A stretch of DNA of 64,000 bases from an uncultured Chloroflexota bacterium (GTDB lineage Bacteria > Chloroflexota > UBA11872 > VXNJ01): positions 56,967 to 120,966 of the forward strand of contig CAZBZS010000002.1 of NCBI GenBank assembly GCA_964496475.1. The letters run 5' to 3'. Positions 10,805 to 21,093 of the stretch are shown piece after piece. A program made the translations under genes and the position numbers. How positions within the stretch are numbered: position 1 is the stretch's first letter; each line of letters opens with the position of its first letter. The notes beneath the pieces are model-generated. The model was given only the letters and a program-made list of their open reading frames with translations. It did not search any database and was not told the origin of the DNA.

Positions 10805-11063
10805 CTACTGGCTCTGGTGAGATCGGTTCCCATGGACATCATCGGGTCCAAGATTGGATGTTACCTGCTTTGCCGATTCGCCAACACTCAGTTGTTGAAA
10901 ATCCGCTCACGGGTGCTTGGCTGATCGTTGAGGCTAGGAGTCAGGATGTGCCTGTGCCGCCTTTTCAGAGTTGGCAAAAGACTTCCCGACAATGTTCCGA
11001 CGCTGCGTGGGCAGCCAGATTCTGTCCGCTACCAGATCGATCCGAGTCTCCTGAAGAAGGCGA

Positions 11064-11363
11064 TTAGCCGCCGGCGCGGTCGGTCAGTAGATCGTCTGCC
11101 GCCGCCAATCCCCGCAGCAGCTCCGGCAACAGTTCCTCGTGCACGTTGATGCCGTGGCGCGAGGGCTTCAGGTTATTTTCTTTGTCGCGGTAGTACACGC
11201 GCGCGGTGGCATAAGCCTGGCCTTTGAAATCCACGACCCCAATGAGCCATTCTTCTGTGTCGCTGCGCGGCAGCCGCCGAACTACGTCAATGTCTTCGGG
11301 TAAATCCTCGTCCGTGAGTGGCACTATTGTCGCCATTCGACCCCCATTTTCGTTCATTGCCAA
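11064..11363 (-). CDS. Hypothetical small protein
   Basis: 99-aa ORF with normal composition, flanked by AT-richer promoter-like DNA; no recognisable family. Confidence 0.4.
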   Translation of the reverse strand: MAMNENGGRMATIVPLTDEDLPEDIDVVRRLPRSDTEEWLIGVVDFKGQAYATARVYYRDKENNLKPSRHGINVHEELLPELLRGLAAADDLLTDRAGG

Positions 11364-11546
11364 TCGTTTGGAATCTTGAAAATAATAGCTCTAGTCAGCA
11401 TCCTGAGCTTGAGCAAGACGTAAATCTAGCGAATCTGTCAATACCCTCCGTACTGCGCGCTCTTCGGTTCTGGAACCCGGCTCAGCGCGTCCGCAGATGA
11501 AATTATCGATGTCTGACTCCACTATTACGACTCCCTACCTTCTCAG

Positions 11547-12881
11547 TTACTCCGGTCGGAGCTCCCAGACCTGAACCCGTCCGAACGGCGCCAACAGCGG
11601 TTCAATTGGGCGAACGGAGGCCGATGCCATTTTTGCTCCCCGCCCTAGTGCGGTGACAAATCGACCCTTCCGACCGGCCCGATAGATGATCTCGTCTTCC
11701 GGCGGGATGGCGAAAAGGTGGCTCTGCATCTCTGGCACCCATCCGCTTTCCCTGAAAAGGCGCAACGCCTGCCGCCTCGTGAGTGGGCCAAACGGGCCCA
11801 GATGAGGGTCAGGAGCCAGCGAATACTCAACCCCCTTGTGGCCGATCATGCCGCGCACTCGGTGCAGCGCCGAGTGGTAGGACCGGGCATTTACAAACGC
11901 GACTATGAGCCTTCCCCCCGGTGCCGTGAGTTCTCTCAACCTCACTAGCAGCCGGACCCGCTCCGGCGTGGGCAGGGACTCGAGCCGGAACATGCAAGTG
12001 ATCAGATCGTACGGCACGGGATCGTCTTCATACAGCGCCGGGTACTCCAGTTCGGTGATTTCCCGGGTTGTCCGCCCACGGACGAACTCCCTTACCTGTT
12101 CGGTCATCTCAACGATAGTCAGTTCGGCTTCCGGGTAATCCCGGGCAAAACTCTCTGTATACAGACCCGTGCAGGGAAGCACGTCAAGCCACCGCCTAAG
12201 ATCGGTTGGAACTGACTTGGCCACCGCCGCCTTCACCCGTTCGAATTCCGAAGGAATTGGTTTGTTGTAGTGGGCCCCGTTCCTGATCTTTGCCATCTGG
12301 AACGCAGCGATCTGCTCCATATTCCAATCATCGGGATCGTCGTTGAACGGCCATGCCGCTTCTCCCTCGTACCGATTCCAATGGAGGATCGAATCCACCC
12401 CGCGACGTCGCGGCGGCCTGAGATTTACGTCGTAGTAGCCGAATAGGGTGAGAGCCACGATTGTCTGCTCAGGGGGAAGACCCAGCAATCGCTTGAGATT
12501 GTTCACATTCCCCAGCGTGTCTACCCAACACCCTCCCAGGCCGAGACCGTGCGCCATCAGCATCATGTTCTGAATTGCCGCCGCTGCACTTTGGACCCAC
12601 GCGAAGTTCTCACGCGTGTATTCGTGCGAGTAGGTCGCGAATATCGCTACTGGTGCCAGATGAATATATCTCGTCTCTGCAGCGATGGCAGCCCGCAATT
12701 CGGGATCGTCGACCACCACAAATTCCCACAGCTGGAGGTTGCATGCACTTGGTGCCCAGCGGGCTGCGTCAACAAGATTCTCCACTATCTCTCTAGGAAC
12801 CGGCTTGTCCAGAAAACGGCGCACCGTCCTCCGGCCTGTCAGTGCTTCTTGAAGTTCCATCAGCCGATCAGATTCATCCAT
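11547..12881 (-). CDS. Fusion protein: N-terminal nitroreductase-like domain plus C-terminal class I SAM-dependent methyltransferase domain
   Basis: 444 aa; N-terminal LTGRRTVRRF...WAPSACNLQLWEFVVV (nitroreductase fold); C-terminal LTAPGGRLIVAF methyltransferase region. Confidence 0.65.
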   Translation of the reverse strand: MDESDRLMELQEALTGRRTVRRFLDKPVPREIVENLVDAARWAPSACNLQLWEFVVVDDPELRAAIAAETRYIHLAPVAIFATYSHEYTRENFAWVQSAAAAIQNMMLMAHGLGLGGCWVDTLGNVNNLKRLLGLPPEQTIVALTLFGYYDVNLRPPRRRGVDSILHWNRYEGEAAWPFNDDPDDWNMEQIAAFQMAKIRNGAHYNKPIPSEFERVKAAVAKSVPTDLRRWLDVLPCTGLYTESFARDYPEAELTIVEMTEQVREFVRGRTTREITELEYPALYEDDPVPYDLITCMFRLESLPTPERVRLLVRLRELTAPGGRLIVAFVNARSYHSALHRVRGMIGHKGVEYSLAPDPHLGPFGPLTRRQALRLFRESGWVPEMQSHLFAIPPEDEIIYRAGRKGRFVTALGRGAKMASASVRPIEPLLAPFGRVQVWELRPE

Positions 12882-12984
12882 GGCTCCTAATCAATCTCGA
12901 CTAATATAGTCCGGCCTTGGAGAAGAAGCGGCTAATACTTCCGGCTCGGGTCACCCGAGTCAACCAGTCGAACAGGGGTCTTTA

Positions 12985-13923
12985 TTGACCAGAGCGGTCG
13001 TGACCGGCGGAGCCGGGTTCATCGGATCGCACCTCGTCGACGCGCTGATAGACGGTGGTGTGGATGTACTTGTAGTCGACAATCTCTCCACCGGCAAGCG
13101 CGATAATCTGAACCGGGCGGCGGAATTTGTGGAAGGGGACGTCGCTGATCAATCGGAGGTCGAGGCCCCACTTCATGAGTTTATGCCAGACACCGTCTTC
13201 CACCTTGCCGCTCAGGCCGATCCCAAGCGTGCTTATCGCGAACCTGCCTTCGATGCCACCATCAACGTCCGCGGAACCATCAACGTGGCCCTGGCCGCGG
13301 CCCGCGCCGGTGCGATCAAAATCGTGTTCACTTCTACCGGCGGGGCGATGTACGGAAGCCCGGATGCTGGTGACCTGCCTGTCTCAGAGGATCGATTGCC
13401 CGCGCCGGCTTCTCCCTACGGACTTTCCAAATACTGTGCTGAGCTTTATCTGGATTTGATTCGCCGAGACCACGGATTGAACTTCACGATCCTGAGGCCG
13501 GCCAACGTCTACGGACCCCGTCAGGATCCCGCCTCCGAAGTAGGCGTCGTGCTCATATTCCTGGAGCAGATGCTTGCCGGAATAACCCCACAACTCCGTG
13601 GATTCGGCAAGGCCACTCGCGACTATGTCTACGTGAAGGATCTCGTCTCCGCAATTTTGGCTGCCGCCGAATTGGGCGGACCCCGCGCTTATCACGTCGG
13701 CACCGCCAAAGAGGTGGACGTGGAGACAATATTTCATTCTTTGCAACAACGCCTGGGATCGTCTTTTGATCCGGAGCGGGTGCCGCTAATACCAGGGGAA
13801 GTGCAGCGAATGGCGCTCGACCCAAACAGAGCCCGCCAAGATCTCGACTGGATGCCTCGCTACTCGATGGATCAAGGTCTGGACGAGACCGTCGCCTGGG
13901 CCCTCGCCAAGGTTTCCCGCTAA
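12985..13923 (+). CDS. NAD-dependent epimerase/dehydratase (GalE-like short-chain sugar epimerase)
   Basis: 312 aa; VVTGGAGFIGSHLVDAL Rossmann motif; extended-SDR catalytic region. Confidence 0.8.
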   Translation: MTRAVVTGGAGFIGSHLVDALIDGGVDVLVVDNLSTGKRDNLNRAAEFVEGDVADQSEVEAPLHEFMPDTVFHLAAQADPKRAYREPAFDATINVRGTINVALAAARAGAIKIVFTSTGGAMYGSPDAGDLPVSEDRLPAPASPYGLSKYCAELYLDLIRRDHGLNFTILRPANVYGPRQDPASEVGVVLIFLEQMLAGITPQLRGFGKATRDYVYVKDLVSAILAAAELGGPRAYHVGTAKEVDVETIFHSLQQRLGSSFDPERVPLIPGEVQRMALDPNRARQDLDWMPRYSMDQGLDETVAWALAKVSR

Positions 13924-14609
13924 CTCATCTCCACCCGGACTTCTGGCTCGGTGAGAAAATTCCGCACCTCAACTTCATCCTCCATGTGAACCAGGGCCAC
14001 AATCATGTCACCCGACTGCAGCTCGATGTCAGGCTCGGGAAATAACGTCTCTCGGCCTCGAATCAGCAGACAGACGTTGCATCCGCGCTTTGCCAGATCC
14101 AGCTCGCCCAGACGGCTCGACACGGCTGGTGATTCCTTGGCGAGCCTGAACTCCACCAGTTCAAGGTCACTTTCTTCCAGCCTCATTAGATGAATTACAG
14201 CGCCAGTCTCCTCAACGTCCTGCTCGATCATCGAGAGAATGAGGTCGGTTGCGCTGACCGTTTCGTCAACGCCAAGACGCCGGAATACGCTGGCGTTTTT
14301 CGGATTATTCACCCGAGCGATTGTGCGCGCTTTCCCCTTCGACAGGGCGCTCGCTAGCTGACAGATAATGAGGTTGTCCTCATCTTCGCCGGTCACCGCC
14401 AGGACCAGATCGGCCCGTTTTACTCCAGCTTCCAGTAACCATCGCCCTTCGCACCCATCATGGCCGATCACCAGGTTACCGAGTTCCGCTTTTAGCGATC
14501 GGGCGTGGACTGCGTCTTTCTCCATCAGCACCACTTCGTGGCCGATGTCGAGTAGCTCCGTAGTCATGTGGTAACCAACCTTGCCCCCACCAACCAGCAC
14601 GATGAACAT
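13920..14609 (-). CDS. TrkA-family K+ transport regulatory subunit (TrkA-N plus TrkA-C)
   Basis: 229 aa; IVLVGGGKVGYHMTTEL... NAD-binding TrkA-N followed by a TrkA-C domain. Confidence 0.8.
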   Translation of the reverse strand: MFIVLVGGGKVGYHMTTELLDIGHEVVLMEKDAVHARSLKAELGNLVIGHDGCEGRWLLEAGVKRADLVLAVTGEDEDNLIICQLASALSKGKARTIARVNNPKNASVFRRLGVDETVSATDLILSMIEQDVEETGAVIHLMRLEESDLELVEFRLAKESPAVSSRLGELDLAKRGCNVCLLIRGRETLFPEPDIELQSGDMIVALVHMEDEVEVRNFLTEPEVRVEMS

Positions 14610-15155
14610 CTACCCCCCACCCTTCAGAACAATGGCGTCATGGAGAAGCTCGGCGCCAACCGTAGTCGGGCAGATAGTATTGAGTCCCAACAGCTCGTAC
14701 GCGCTACTCCGTACCGGGTCGTTACATCTTGCAACTACCCGCTTCACTCCATACATTTCCTGGGCCATTTGAGCTGCCATGATGTTGGTATTGTCGCCGT
14801 TTGTCGCGGTCACCACCGCATCGGCGCGTTCGATCCCCGCGCCGCGCAGAACGTCCTCGTCAATCCCATTTCCGTGAATCGTTGATCCCGAAAATCCGGC
14901 CGCCAATCTATTGAAGGAATTGGCGTCACGATCGACTATCACGACCGCGTGTCCCTCTTCAGACAGCATGGTTGCGAGTTCCGCTCCAACCCGTCCGCAG
15001 CCGATCAGGATCACGTACAGACTTTCACCGTTTGTGTCGCTTTGTAAAGCTTCTCCGCCACCTGATGTTGTCGTCAAGATAACCCCATCTACTTCAACCG
15101 TATGTCCCTCGATTATTCGCGTGATTCCCGATAACGCGCATTCGCTTCTCGCCAC
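14610..15155 (-). CDS. TrkA-N domain protein (start possibly GTG at 15014)
   Basis: YVILIGCGRVGAELA TrkA-N motif; the first 47 codons overlap the upstream gene, so an internal GTG start at 15014 is plausible. Confidence 0.65.
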   Translation of the reverse strand: MARSECALSGITRIIEGHTVEVDGVILTTTSGGGEALQSDTNGESLYVILIGCGRVGAELATMLSEEGHAVVIVDRDANSFNRLAAGFSGSTIHGNGIDEDVLRGAGIERADAVVTATNGDNTNIMAAQMAQEMYGVKRVVARCNDPVRSSAYELLGLNTICPTTVGAELLHDAIVLKGGG

Positions 15156-16021
15156 TCCTTCATGCTATGCCGCATCCCGATTTGCGGCCACTCATACCCG
15201 AACGCAAAATCGAGCGGAGCCTTGCTGGGCAAGAGTCCATCCCGCTGCAGTACTTCGATCAATCGATCGAAATACCCACGCAATACCCGCACCCTGCGAA
15301 TGATATCCCCGACAGTATGTGACCGCACTGCCATTCCCTCCTCTAGCGTCGCCTCCAGGTTCCCTGCCGGATCCGGAAATCGAAGCAACAGCGGCACCCG
15401 CTTGTTGGGCCATGTAAGCCAGGTGCGGTGGTACGCGTATAGCAGCTCGACCAGGTAGTTGATTCCCGCGTTCACATGGGCGTGCGCGGCAATTGCTCCC
15501 GATCGTTCTAGCCAGCTCAACGCTTTGGTCTCATTCAGGTGATAGTCCACGTTGTAGACATTCCGTGCCACCAGATCCTGACGCCGGTCATCGGTGTATT
15601 TGGCCAGCCCGTCTAGCACGGGCTCAACGTCCCCATCGCGGTCGAAGACCAGCACGCCAATCGACAGTAGGTATCGCCAGAATTCTGGACAATGGCCCTT
15701 TCGGTACTCCGCTAGATTCACCCGATTTGTGTCGAAGTGGATCATGCCGCTCGTGTCCAGATTGTCCTTTTCGTGACGCGTCCGAAACCCGGAATCTCCT
15801 GGCGACCAGAGAAAATCCCCGGGAATGACATCGAGTCGAAGCGGCTCGAAAAGCACGATCATATCGATGTCCGAACTCGCTCGGGCATCACCCTGAGCTA
15901 CGCTTTCCGTGATCACCGCGCCTTTGAACGCCGGCTCTGGCTCAAGCTCCAGACCGATGAACCGCATCGCTTGCTCAACCTTTTGTCGGCTGTGCGGATT
16001 GTCCGGTACCGACTTATTCAC
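15113..16021 (-). CDS. Nucleotidyltransferase-fold domain protein
   Basis: 302 aa; GS...DIDMIVLF matches the Pol-beta-type nucleotidyltransferase motif. Confidence 0.5.
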   Translation of the reverse strand: MNKSVPDNPHSRQKVEQAMRFIGLELEPEPAFKGAVITESVAQGDARASSDIDMIVLFEPLRLDVIPGDFLWSPGDSGFRTRHEKDNLDTSGMIHFDTNRVNLAEYRKGHCPEFWRYLLSIGVLVFDRDGDVEPVLDGLAKYTDDRRQDLVARNVYNVDYHLNETKALSWLERSGAIAAHAHVNAGINYLVELLYAYHRTWLTWPNKRVPLLLRFPDPAGNLEATLEEGMAVRSHTVGDIIRRVRVLRGYFDRLIEVLQRDGLLPSKAPLDFAFGYEWPQIGMRHSMKEWREANARYRESRE

Positions 16022-16142
16022 CCTCTTCCTTCCGAACCTGGGGACAGGTTGACCTAGACCTCCGCAACTTGCACTTGGCTCCGACAGCCGCCATGGTTGC
16101 TTGAGCTATCCAGAATCCCTCCGCGAAGTGAGACATCTACAG

Positions 16143-16466
16143 ATGCTGTACGAACTGCGATCCTACTATGTCGTGCCCGGGCGTATGCCAGACATCCTCG
16201 CCCGCTTTCGGGACCACACTACGAAAATTTTCGACCGCCTCGGCATCGCAAACGTTGGCTACTGGATCGAAGCTGTCGGTCGCAACGACCGGCTTATTTA
16301 TTTGATTGCCTTCATTGACATGGCCGATCGCGAAGAGAAATGGGCAAAATTTATCAACGACCCCGAATGGTTGAGAATCAAGTCCGAAACTGAGGCCGAT
16401 GGGCAGATAGTCAGATTCGTGGAGAATCGGTTTCTCACGCCGACCGATTTTTCCGCGATTCAGTGA
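16143..16466 (+). CDS. NIPSNAP family protein
   Basis: MLYELRSYYVVPG...; length and motif pattern typical of NIPSNAP; start placed at the internal ATG. Confidence 0.65.
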   Translation: MLYELRSYYVVPGRMPDILARFRDHTTKIFDRLGIANVGYWIEAVGRNDRLIYLIAFIDMADREEKWAKFINDPEWLRIKSETEADGQIVRFVENRFLTPTDFSAIQ

Positions 16467-17251
16467 TGACGGACAGCAGGATGGTTTCCCACAGCGATCC
16501 ATTCGATCTCGGCGACAAGGTTGCTGTAGTGACTGGTGCCGGTCGCGGAATCGGCCGGGGCATCGCCCTCGGGCTTGCGAAGGCCGGGGCCAGCCTAGTG
16601 CTCGCTGCCCGATCCCAGGACGAGCTGGAAAAAGTAAAAAACGAGATCGTCGATCTCGGCACAGAAGCGCTGATCGTCCCGACGGACGTTAGCGACCTGA
16701 ACTCGCTGGCGAACCTTTTCACTGAAGCACACGGCAGGTTTGACGGCATCGACATTCTCGTTAACAACGCTGGTGTCGGACGTCGTAGCGACTTTCTGGA
16801 CATAACTCCAGAGATGTGGGACTTCGTTCAAGACATCAATCTGCGTTCCGTTTGTTTTGCTATGCAGCATGGTATTCGTAGCATGCTGGAGCGTGGCTAC
16901 GGCCGGGTCATCAACATTGCCTCGTTGACGAGTTACATCGGAATGGCTGGGAACGCTATCTACGGCGCCAGCAAAGGCGGCGTCGGGCAGCTGACGAAGG
17001 CCGTGGCGACAGAGTTTGCACCCACGGGTATTACCGTCAACGCCATCGCCCCCGGCTTTATTCACACCGACATCAACGACCGCATGTACCAAAAAGCTGA
17101 ATTCAACTCGTGGGTGCGAAGCCGAATCCCAATGGGCGATTGGGGCACTCCTCAGGATATCGCCGGGACTGCTGTGTTCCTGGCGTCACCCGCCTCCGCG
17201 TACGTGACCGGGCAAATCATCCCGGTTGACGGCGGCTGGCTCGGTGCCTGA
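16463..17251 (+). CDS. SDR family oxidoreductase
   Basis: 262 aa; VAVVTGAGRGIGRGIA glycine motif; YGASK catalytic tetrad region; ATGA overlap with the upstream gene. Confidence 0.85.
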   Translation: MMTDSRMVSHSDPFDLGDKVAVVTGAGRGIGRGIALGLAKAGASLVLAARSQDELEKVKNEIVDLGTEALIVPTDVSDLNSLANLFTEAHGRFDGIDILVNNAGVGRRSDFLDITPEMWDFVQDINLRSVCFAMQHGIRSMLERGYGRVINIASLTSYIGMAGNAIYGASKGGVGQLTKAVATEFAPTGITVNAIAPGFIHTDINDRMYQKAEFNSWVRSRIPMGDWGTPQDIAGTAVFLASPASAYVTGQIIPVDGGWLGA

Positions 17252-17277
17252 TCGCGATCACAGCCGGAGACGCCGAC

Positions 17278-18267
17278 ATGCAGAATCTTGAAGGGCGCAG
17301 GGACTCCAAGGGGCGCCCGCCCTGTCCCGTCTGTGAGGAGACCGCGACTGCTCCAACCGGCATCGTGCCCAGATCCCCTTACCTTCCCGACTTAGAGTTT
17401 CGGGTCGTCAGTTGCCGGAGATGCGGGCTGCTGCGAACCGATCCTTGGCCCACTCCGAACCAACTGCACGACGTGTACGAATCTGGTGACTACTACTCCA
17501 CAATTGAGGCTTCCGGGCCCGTAGCAGCCGATCTACCGCTCATCGAACGAGCGCGAAGGCATGTCCGCGCACTCGTTGTGCGCCACCATTACGCAGTCGG
17601 TGGGGCCGGGATTCTGGGCGCTGTCGCTTCAGCTATGTTTCGACGGCGGTTCGGCTGGGCGCCTAAAGGTATCCGTCCGGGCGACCTCCTTGACGTGGGC
17701 TGCGGAGACGGCACATTCTTGCTCGACGCCGAGAAGGCCGGCTGGAATGTGTACGGCCTTGAGACCTCCGAGACGGCCGTCAACAACGCCAGAGCGCTCG
17801 GGCTGACAGTCCTTCGTGGATCCTTACAGGATCGGCTCTTTGTCGATTTACATTTCGATATTGTGCGCATGTGGAGCGTGCTAGAACACGTGCAGGATGC
17901 CAACGCCGCCCTGCAGGAGGTAGCTCGGCTCCTGAAGCCGGGCGGGTGGGCGATACTGCAGGTACCCAACGCCGACTCCCTCGCCAGGCTCCTCACCCGC
18001 GCCCGCTGGGCTGGCTGGGATCTTCCCGCGCATTTGACCCACTTCACTCCCGAGACCCTGCGCTGGGCCGTCGCGAGGGTTGGTCTTGAGTCGGTTGAAC
18101 TAAGTCAGGCTTCAGTCGGCACCCTGGCGAACCGCCTTTCATGGACCTCCAGCCCCATAGGCCGCGCCGCCGTATTCGCTCTGGACCAGATTATGGACAT
18201 TCTCGGTCGAGGGGATTGTGTGGTCCTGTTCGCTCGCCGTCCCCACTCTGCTGTATCGGACAACTGA
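17278..18267 (+). CDS. Class I SAM-dependent methyltransferase with N-terminal CxxC...CxxC zinc ribbon
   Basis: 329 aa; CPVCEE...CRRCG ribbon; LDVGCGDGTFLL SAM-binding motif I. Confidence 0.7.
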   Translation: MQNLEGRRDSKGRPPCPVCEETATAPTGIVPRSPYLPDLEFRVVSCRRCGLLRTDPWPTPNQLHDVYESGDYYSTIEASGPVAADLPLIERARRHVRALVVRHHYAVGGAGILGAVASAMFRRRFGWAPKGIRPGDLLDVGCGDGTFLLDAEKAGWNVYGLETSETAVNNARALGLTVLRGSLQDRLFVDLHFDIVRMWSVLEHVQDANAALQEVARLLKPGGWAILQVPNADSLARLLTRARWAGWDLPAHLTHFTPETLRWAVARVGLESVELSQASVGTLANRLSWTSSPIGRAAVFALDQIMDILGRGDCVVLFARRPHSAVSDN

Positions 18268-18622
18268 TCTCAGCACCGCTCGTCCAGCTGGCTCGGCTCA
18301 TAGCGTAAAACGGGAATAACCTAGCGACTGAGCTGTTGGAGATCGAGCTGATCAGACTTGGACTCAGTTTCCCCTTCGCCCTGTGCATTCCGTCGACCCA
18401 CGGGGCAGTCAGCAGCGATAGAAAGCGCCCGTCGGAGAACCAGATATTCGCGTCGACCGAGCTCAGCCGAAGCTGGTTCCTTCCCGCCTGGCCGGGGAGC
18501 TCAGTAGCCCCGTCCCCGTAATGCACTCGGAGTTGGACACCCTCGGCTCCCGCATCGAAGTCGATGAGAAGCTCCGGCCCGATACGCGGAACCAGCGGTT
18601 TCACGTCGGTGAGCAGAAGCAT
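18191..18622 (-). CDS. Hypothetical protein (start uncertain)
   Basis: The ORF is open from 18823 but overlaps both neighbours; start placed at the internal Met; no family assignable. Confidence 0.25.
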   Translation of the reverse strand: MLLLTDVKPLVPRIGPELLIDFDAGAEGVQLRVHYGDGATELPGQAGRNQLRLSSVDANIWFSDGRFLSLLTAPWVDGMHRAKGKLSPSLISSISNSSVARLFPFYAMSRASWTSGAEISCPIQQSGDGERTGPHNPLDRECP

Positions 18623-18771
18623 GTGCTCGCCGCCGCGCTCATGCCAACGCAGGCCTGAGTGATCGGTAGTGGCTGAACTCGCGCCGAGCGGGTGGCGCAC
18701 AAATTTCAAAAACCGTGCGGCAGGTAAGTTCAATGTGGCCCAACAGTTCACCTCCTCAACCCGGCTTCCGC

Positions 18772-19962
18772 CTACCAAGCTGCCAACTGAGTAAAATCGC
18801 AATACTCGAACGGGGCCAGCCAAGCCAACGCTGTTTCAAGGTTGAGGTCCCCGGCTGCGAATTTGATCCGGCCTTCCGCAACCTCTTCCTGGAGATCGAG
18901 CGTGCCGAATAGGACCGGGATTATGCCGCCGTCATCGAAGGTCAACTTAGGGTCTTCGGGCAACGGATCCGCGATAGATACGTTGCCGGATGCGAACTCA
19001 ATCGTCGCCCTCTCACGTGGCGTGGCGATAGTTAGCCGGGCCATTTTGAGTCCCAGCGAGTGACCGCGAGTCCGGAGAAACGGCGCGAGCTGCCCAAGCA
19101 GCCGACGTAGGGATACGGTGTAAAACAAATTCTCTCCGCTGCGTTTCTCCCACCGAAAGTGGGGCGTCGCCCCGACCAGGTGTCCATGCGGGGAACCGTG
19201 CAGCTGGATAGACTTAACTTTCAGTTCCGTCGCGACGGCATCCGGGTAATACAGCGGATCGCTTTTCGTGTCGTACAGGAGAGACGCCAGGGTCCACCGG
19301 TCGTCTACCAACCGGACTGCGGCCGTGGCGACCGGCATCTCCTCATCGCGGACAACGTACCACTCGGTACCGTTCGACACGTCGGTGTTGCGATCCTCAA
19401 CGCCGGCGGTCGTGGTCGCAAATCTGCTTCGAAAATCGGATATGAGGCCTGTTTCATTTGCATTGGCCTTGCGAACGTTCAGACCTTTCCTGGAGCCTTG
19501 TATTTCCACGATCGCTGCCATTCGCCCCTGTACGATCTCGAAGCTACGGCGAAGATACATCTCGTATGCCGGGCCGCGGTCCGGATGTGCCACAAGCCAT
19601 ATTGCACAGATGTCGTTGCCGTCTGCGAATCTTAAGGTTCGCGCAAATAGTTCCGCCCCGATGCCCAGGCCACGGTATGTCTCTTCTACAAGGACCTGAC
19701 CAACATTTGCGATCTTGAGCCTCGCGTCGCCGTGGATCAATCTGCGAACGGCGGTCAGGCAATGGCCAACGATCTCGTCACCGATTTCCGCTACGACGAT
19801 GGAGTCTTCTAGGAGGCCGGCGTCATTAAATTTACCGGCGTAGCGGGACTCACTGAGCCAGCCGGCTGAATCGATCATTGGCCATAGCTGGTCGTCATCG
19901 CCGGGCCGCCAATAGCGGTACACAATATCGGGTCGGCGGGACTCCGCCCTGGTCGTGCTCAA
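18772..19962 (-). CDS. GNAT N-acetyltransferase with C-terminal SCP2-like region (Eis-like architecture)
   Basis: 396 aa; N-terminal GNAT motif (VGHCL...RGLGIG) and a C-terminal ~100-aa SCP2-like region. Confidence 0.55.
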   Translation of the reverse strand: MSTTRAESRRPDIVYRYWRPGDDDQLWPMIDSAGWLSESRYAGKFNDAGLLEDSIVVAEIGDEIVGHCLTAVRRLIHGDARLKIANVGQVLVEETYRGLGIGAELFARTLRFADGNDICAIWLVAHPDRGPAYEMYLRRSFEIVQGRMAAIVEIQGSRKGLNVRKANANETGLISDFRSRFATTTAGVEDRNTDVSNGTEWYVVRDEEMPVATAAVRLVDDRWTLASLLYDTKSDPLYYPDAVATELKVKSIQLHGSPHGHLVGATPHFRWEKRSGENLFYTVSLRRLLGQLAPFLRTRGHSLGLKMARLTIATPRERATIEFASGNVSIADPLPEDPKLTFDDGGIIPVLFGTLDLQEEVAEGRIKFAAGDLNLETALAWLAPFEYCDFTQLAAW

Positions 19963-20115
19963 TGGGACTTCCGCTTCGATCCAACTGCCGGACCGCTGCC
20001 TGGCTCGTGGAGGGAGGCACCGTTGACATATTCAGGAGTGGCGACATCAGTGTGTGGGCTCGCCGCCCAAAGCAAGTCGTCCATTGCCCTACAGGTTTCC
20101 GCGATACTCAGGGGC

Positions 20116-21093
20116 TCACCCGTACATACTTCGGCTGGCCTCCGCCCGATAGTAATTGATGGTCTTCGACAAGCCGTCATCCAGAGAGGTCGTCGCTGTC
20201 CAGCCAACGAGATCTCGAATGCGGCTGAGGTCCGGAACCCGGCGCGGAATATCTTCATAGCTGGTGCCGAATACCGATTCGTGGCTCACAAACTCGATTT
20301 CGGATTCAAATCCGCCAAGGCGTTTGAGCGCATGGGCAATTTCTAGAACCGTGATCTCCCGATCGGTGCCAATGTTCAAAATTGTGTTCGTTGCCGCCGG
20401 GGACATGGCGCTCCGCACCATCCCCTCCACCGCGTCTTCGACATAGCAGAACGTGCGTGTCTGCCTACCGTCGCCGTGGACCTGGACCGGCAACCCGTTC
20501 AAGAATCGGTGAAGGAAGATCGGGATCACTCGTCCTGCCCCGAGCGTGTCGAGCCTAGGCCCGTATATGTTAAACAGGCGGAAGATGACGAATTCAAGAG
20601 CATTTCGCTGTCGATGCGCAAGGATAAGATGCTCGATCGCAGCCTTGGACGTGGCGTAACACCAACGATTGACTGTTGTTGGGCCGAGAACCCGGTCGTC
20701 ATCCTCTCGCCACGGGACCTTTGGATTTTTGCCATAAACCTCTGATGTGGAGGTGAATACGATCTTCTTGCCGTAGCGAGATGCTGCTTCAACCACCTGC
20801 AAGCCAGCGACCAGATCCATTTCCATCGTCCTTAAAGGATCCTCCACGTACACTCGGGGATCTGCTATAGCCGCCAGATGGTAAATCACATCGCAAGCGC
20901 GGATTTCACGATCCATGAGCAATTCATCGGTGATCGATCCCTGGAGAAATCTGAATTCAGCGTTGTCCATGAGGTGGTCGATCTTGACGCCATCGGACAG
21001 ATCCAGGGCTATTACGGAATCGCCCCGCTCGAGGTGAGATTCGCAGATGAAGGAGCCGACGAAGCCGGCTCCGCCAGTCACCAGGATTTTCAA
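20116..21093 (-). CDS. NAD-dependent epimerase/dehydratase, ArnA-decarboxylase-like (UDP-glucuronate decarboxylase family)
   Basis: 325 aa; MKILVTGGAGFVGS; TSTSEVYG...YATSK...IFRLFNIYGPR collinear with the ArnA C-terminal/UXS family. Confidence 0.8.
   Translation of the reverse strand: MKILVTGGAGFVGSFICESHLERGDSVIALDLSDGVKIDHLMDNAEFRFLQGSITDELLMDREIRACDVIYHLAAIADPRVYVEDPLRTMEMDLVAGLQVVEAASRYGKKIVFTSTSEVYGKNPKVPWREDDDRVLGPTTVNRWCYATSKAAIEHLILAHRQRNALEFVIFRLFNIYGPRLDTLGAGRVIPIFLHRFLNGLPVQVHGDGRQTRTFCYVEDAVEGMVRSAMSPAATNTILNIGTDREITVLEIAHALKRLGGFESEIEFVSHESVFGTSYEDIPRRVPDLSRIRDLVGWTATTSLDDGLSKTINYYRAEASRSMYG

Noticed and set aside
18191-18823. 210-aa ORF as a C-terminal extension of the Eis-like protein
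   Set aside because: The 396-aa Eis-like ORF already contains the SCP2-like C-terminus and ends with a stop. The downstream ORF is in a different frame and has no family features, so it is kept only as a low-confidence hypothetical.
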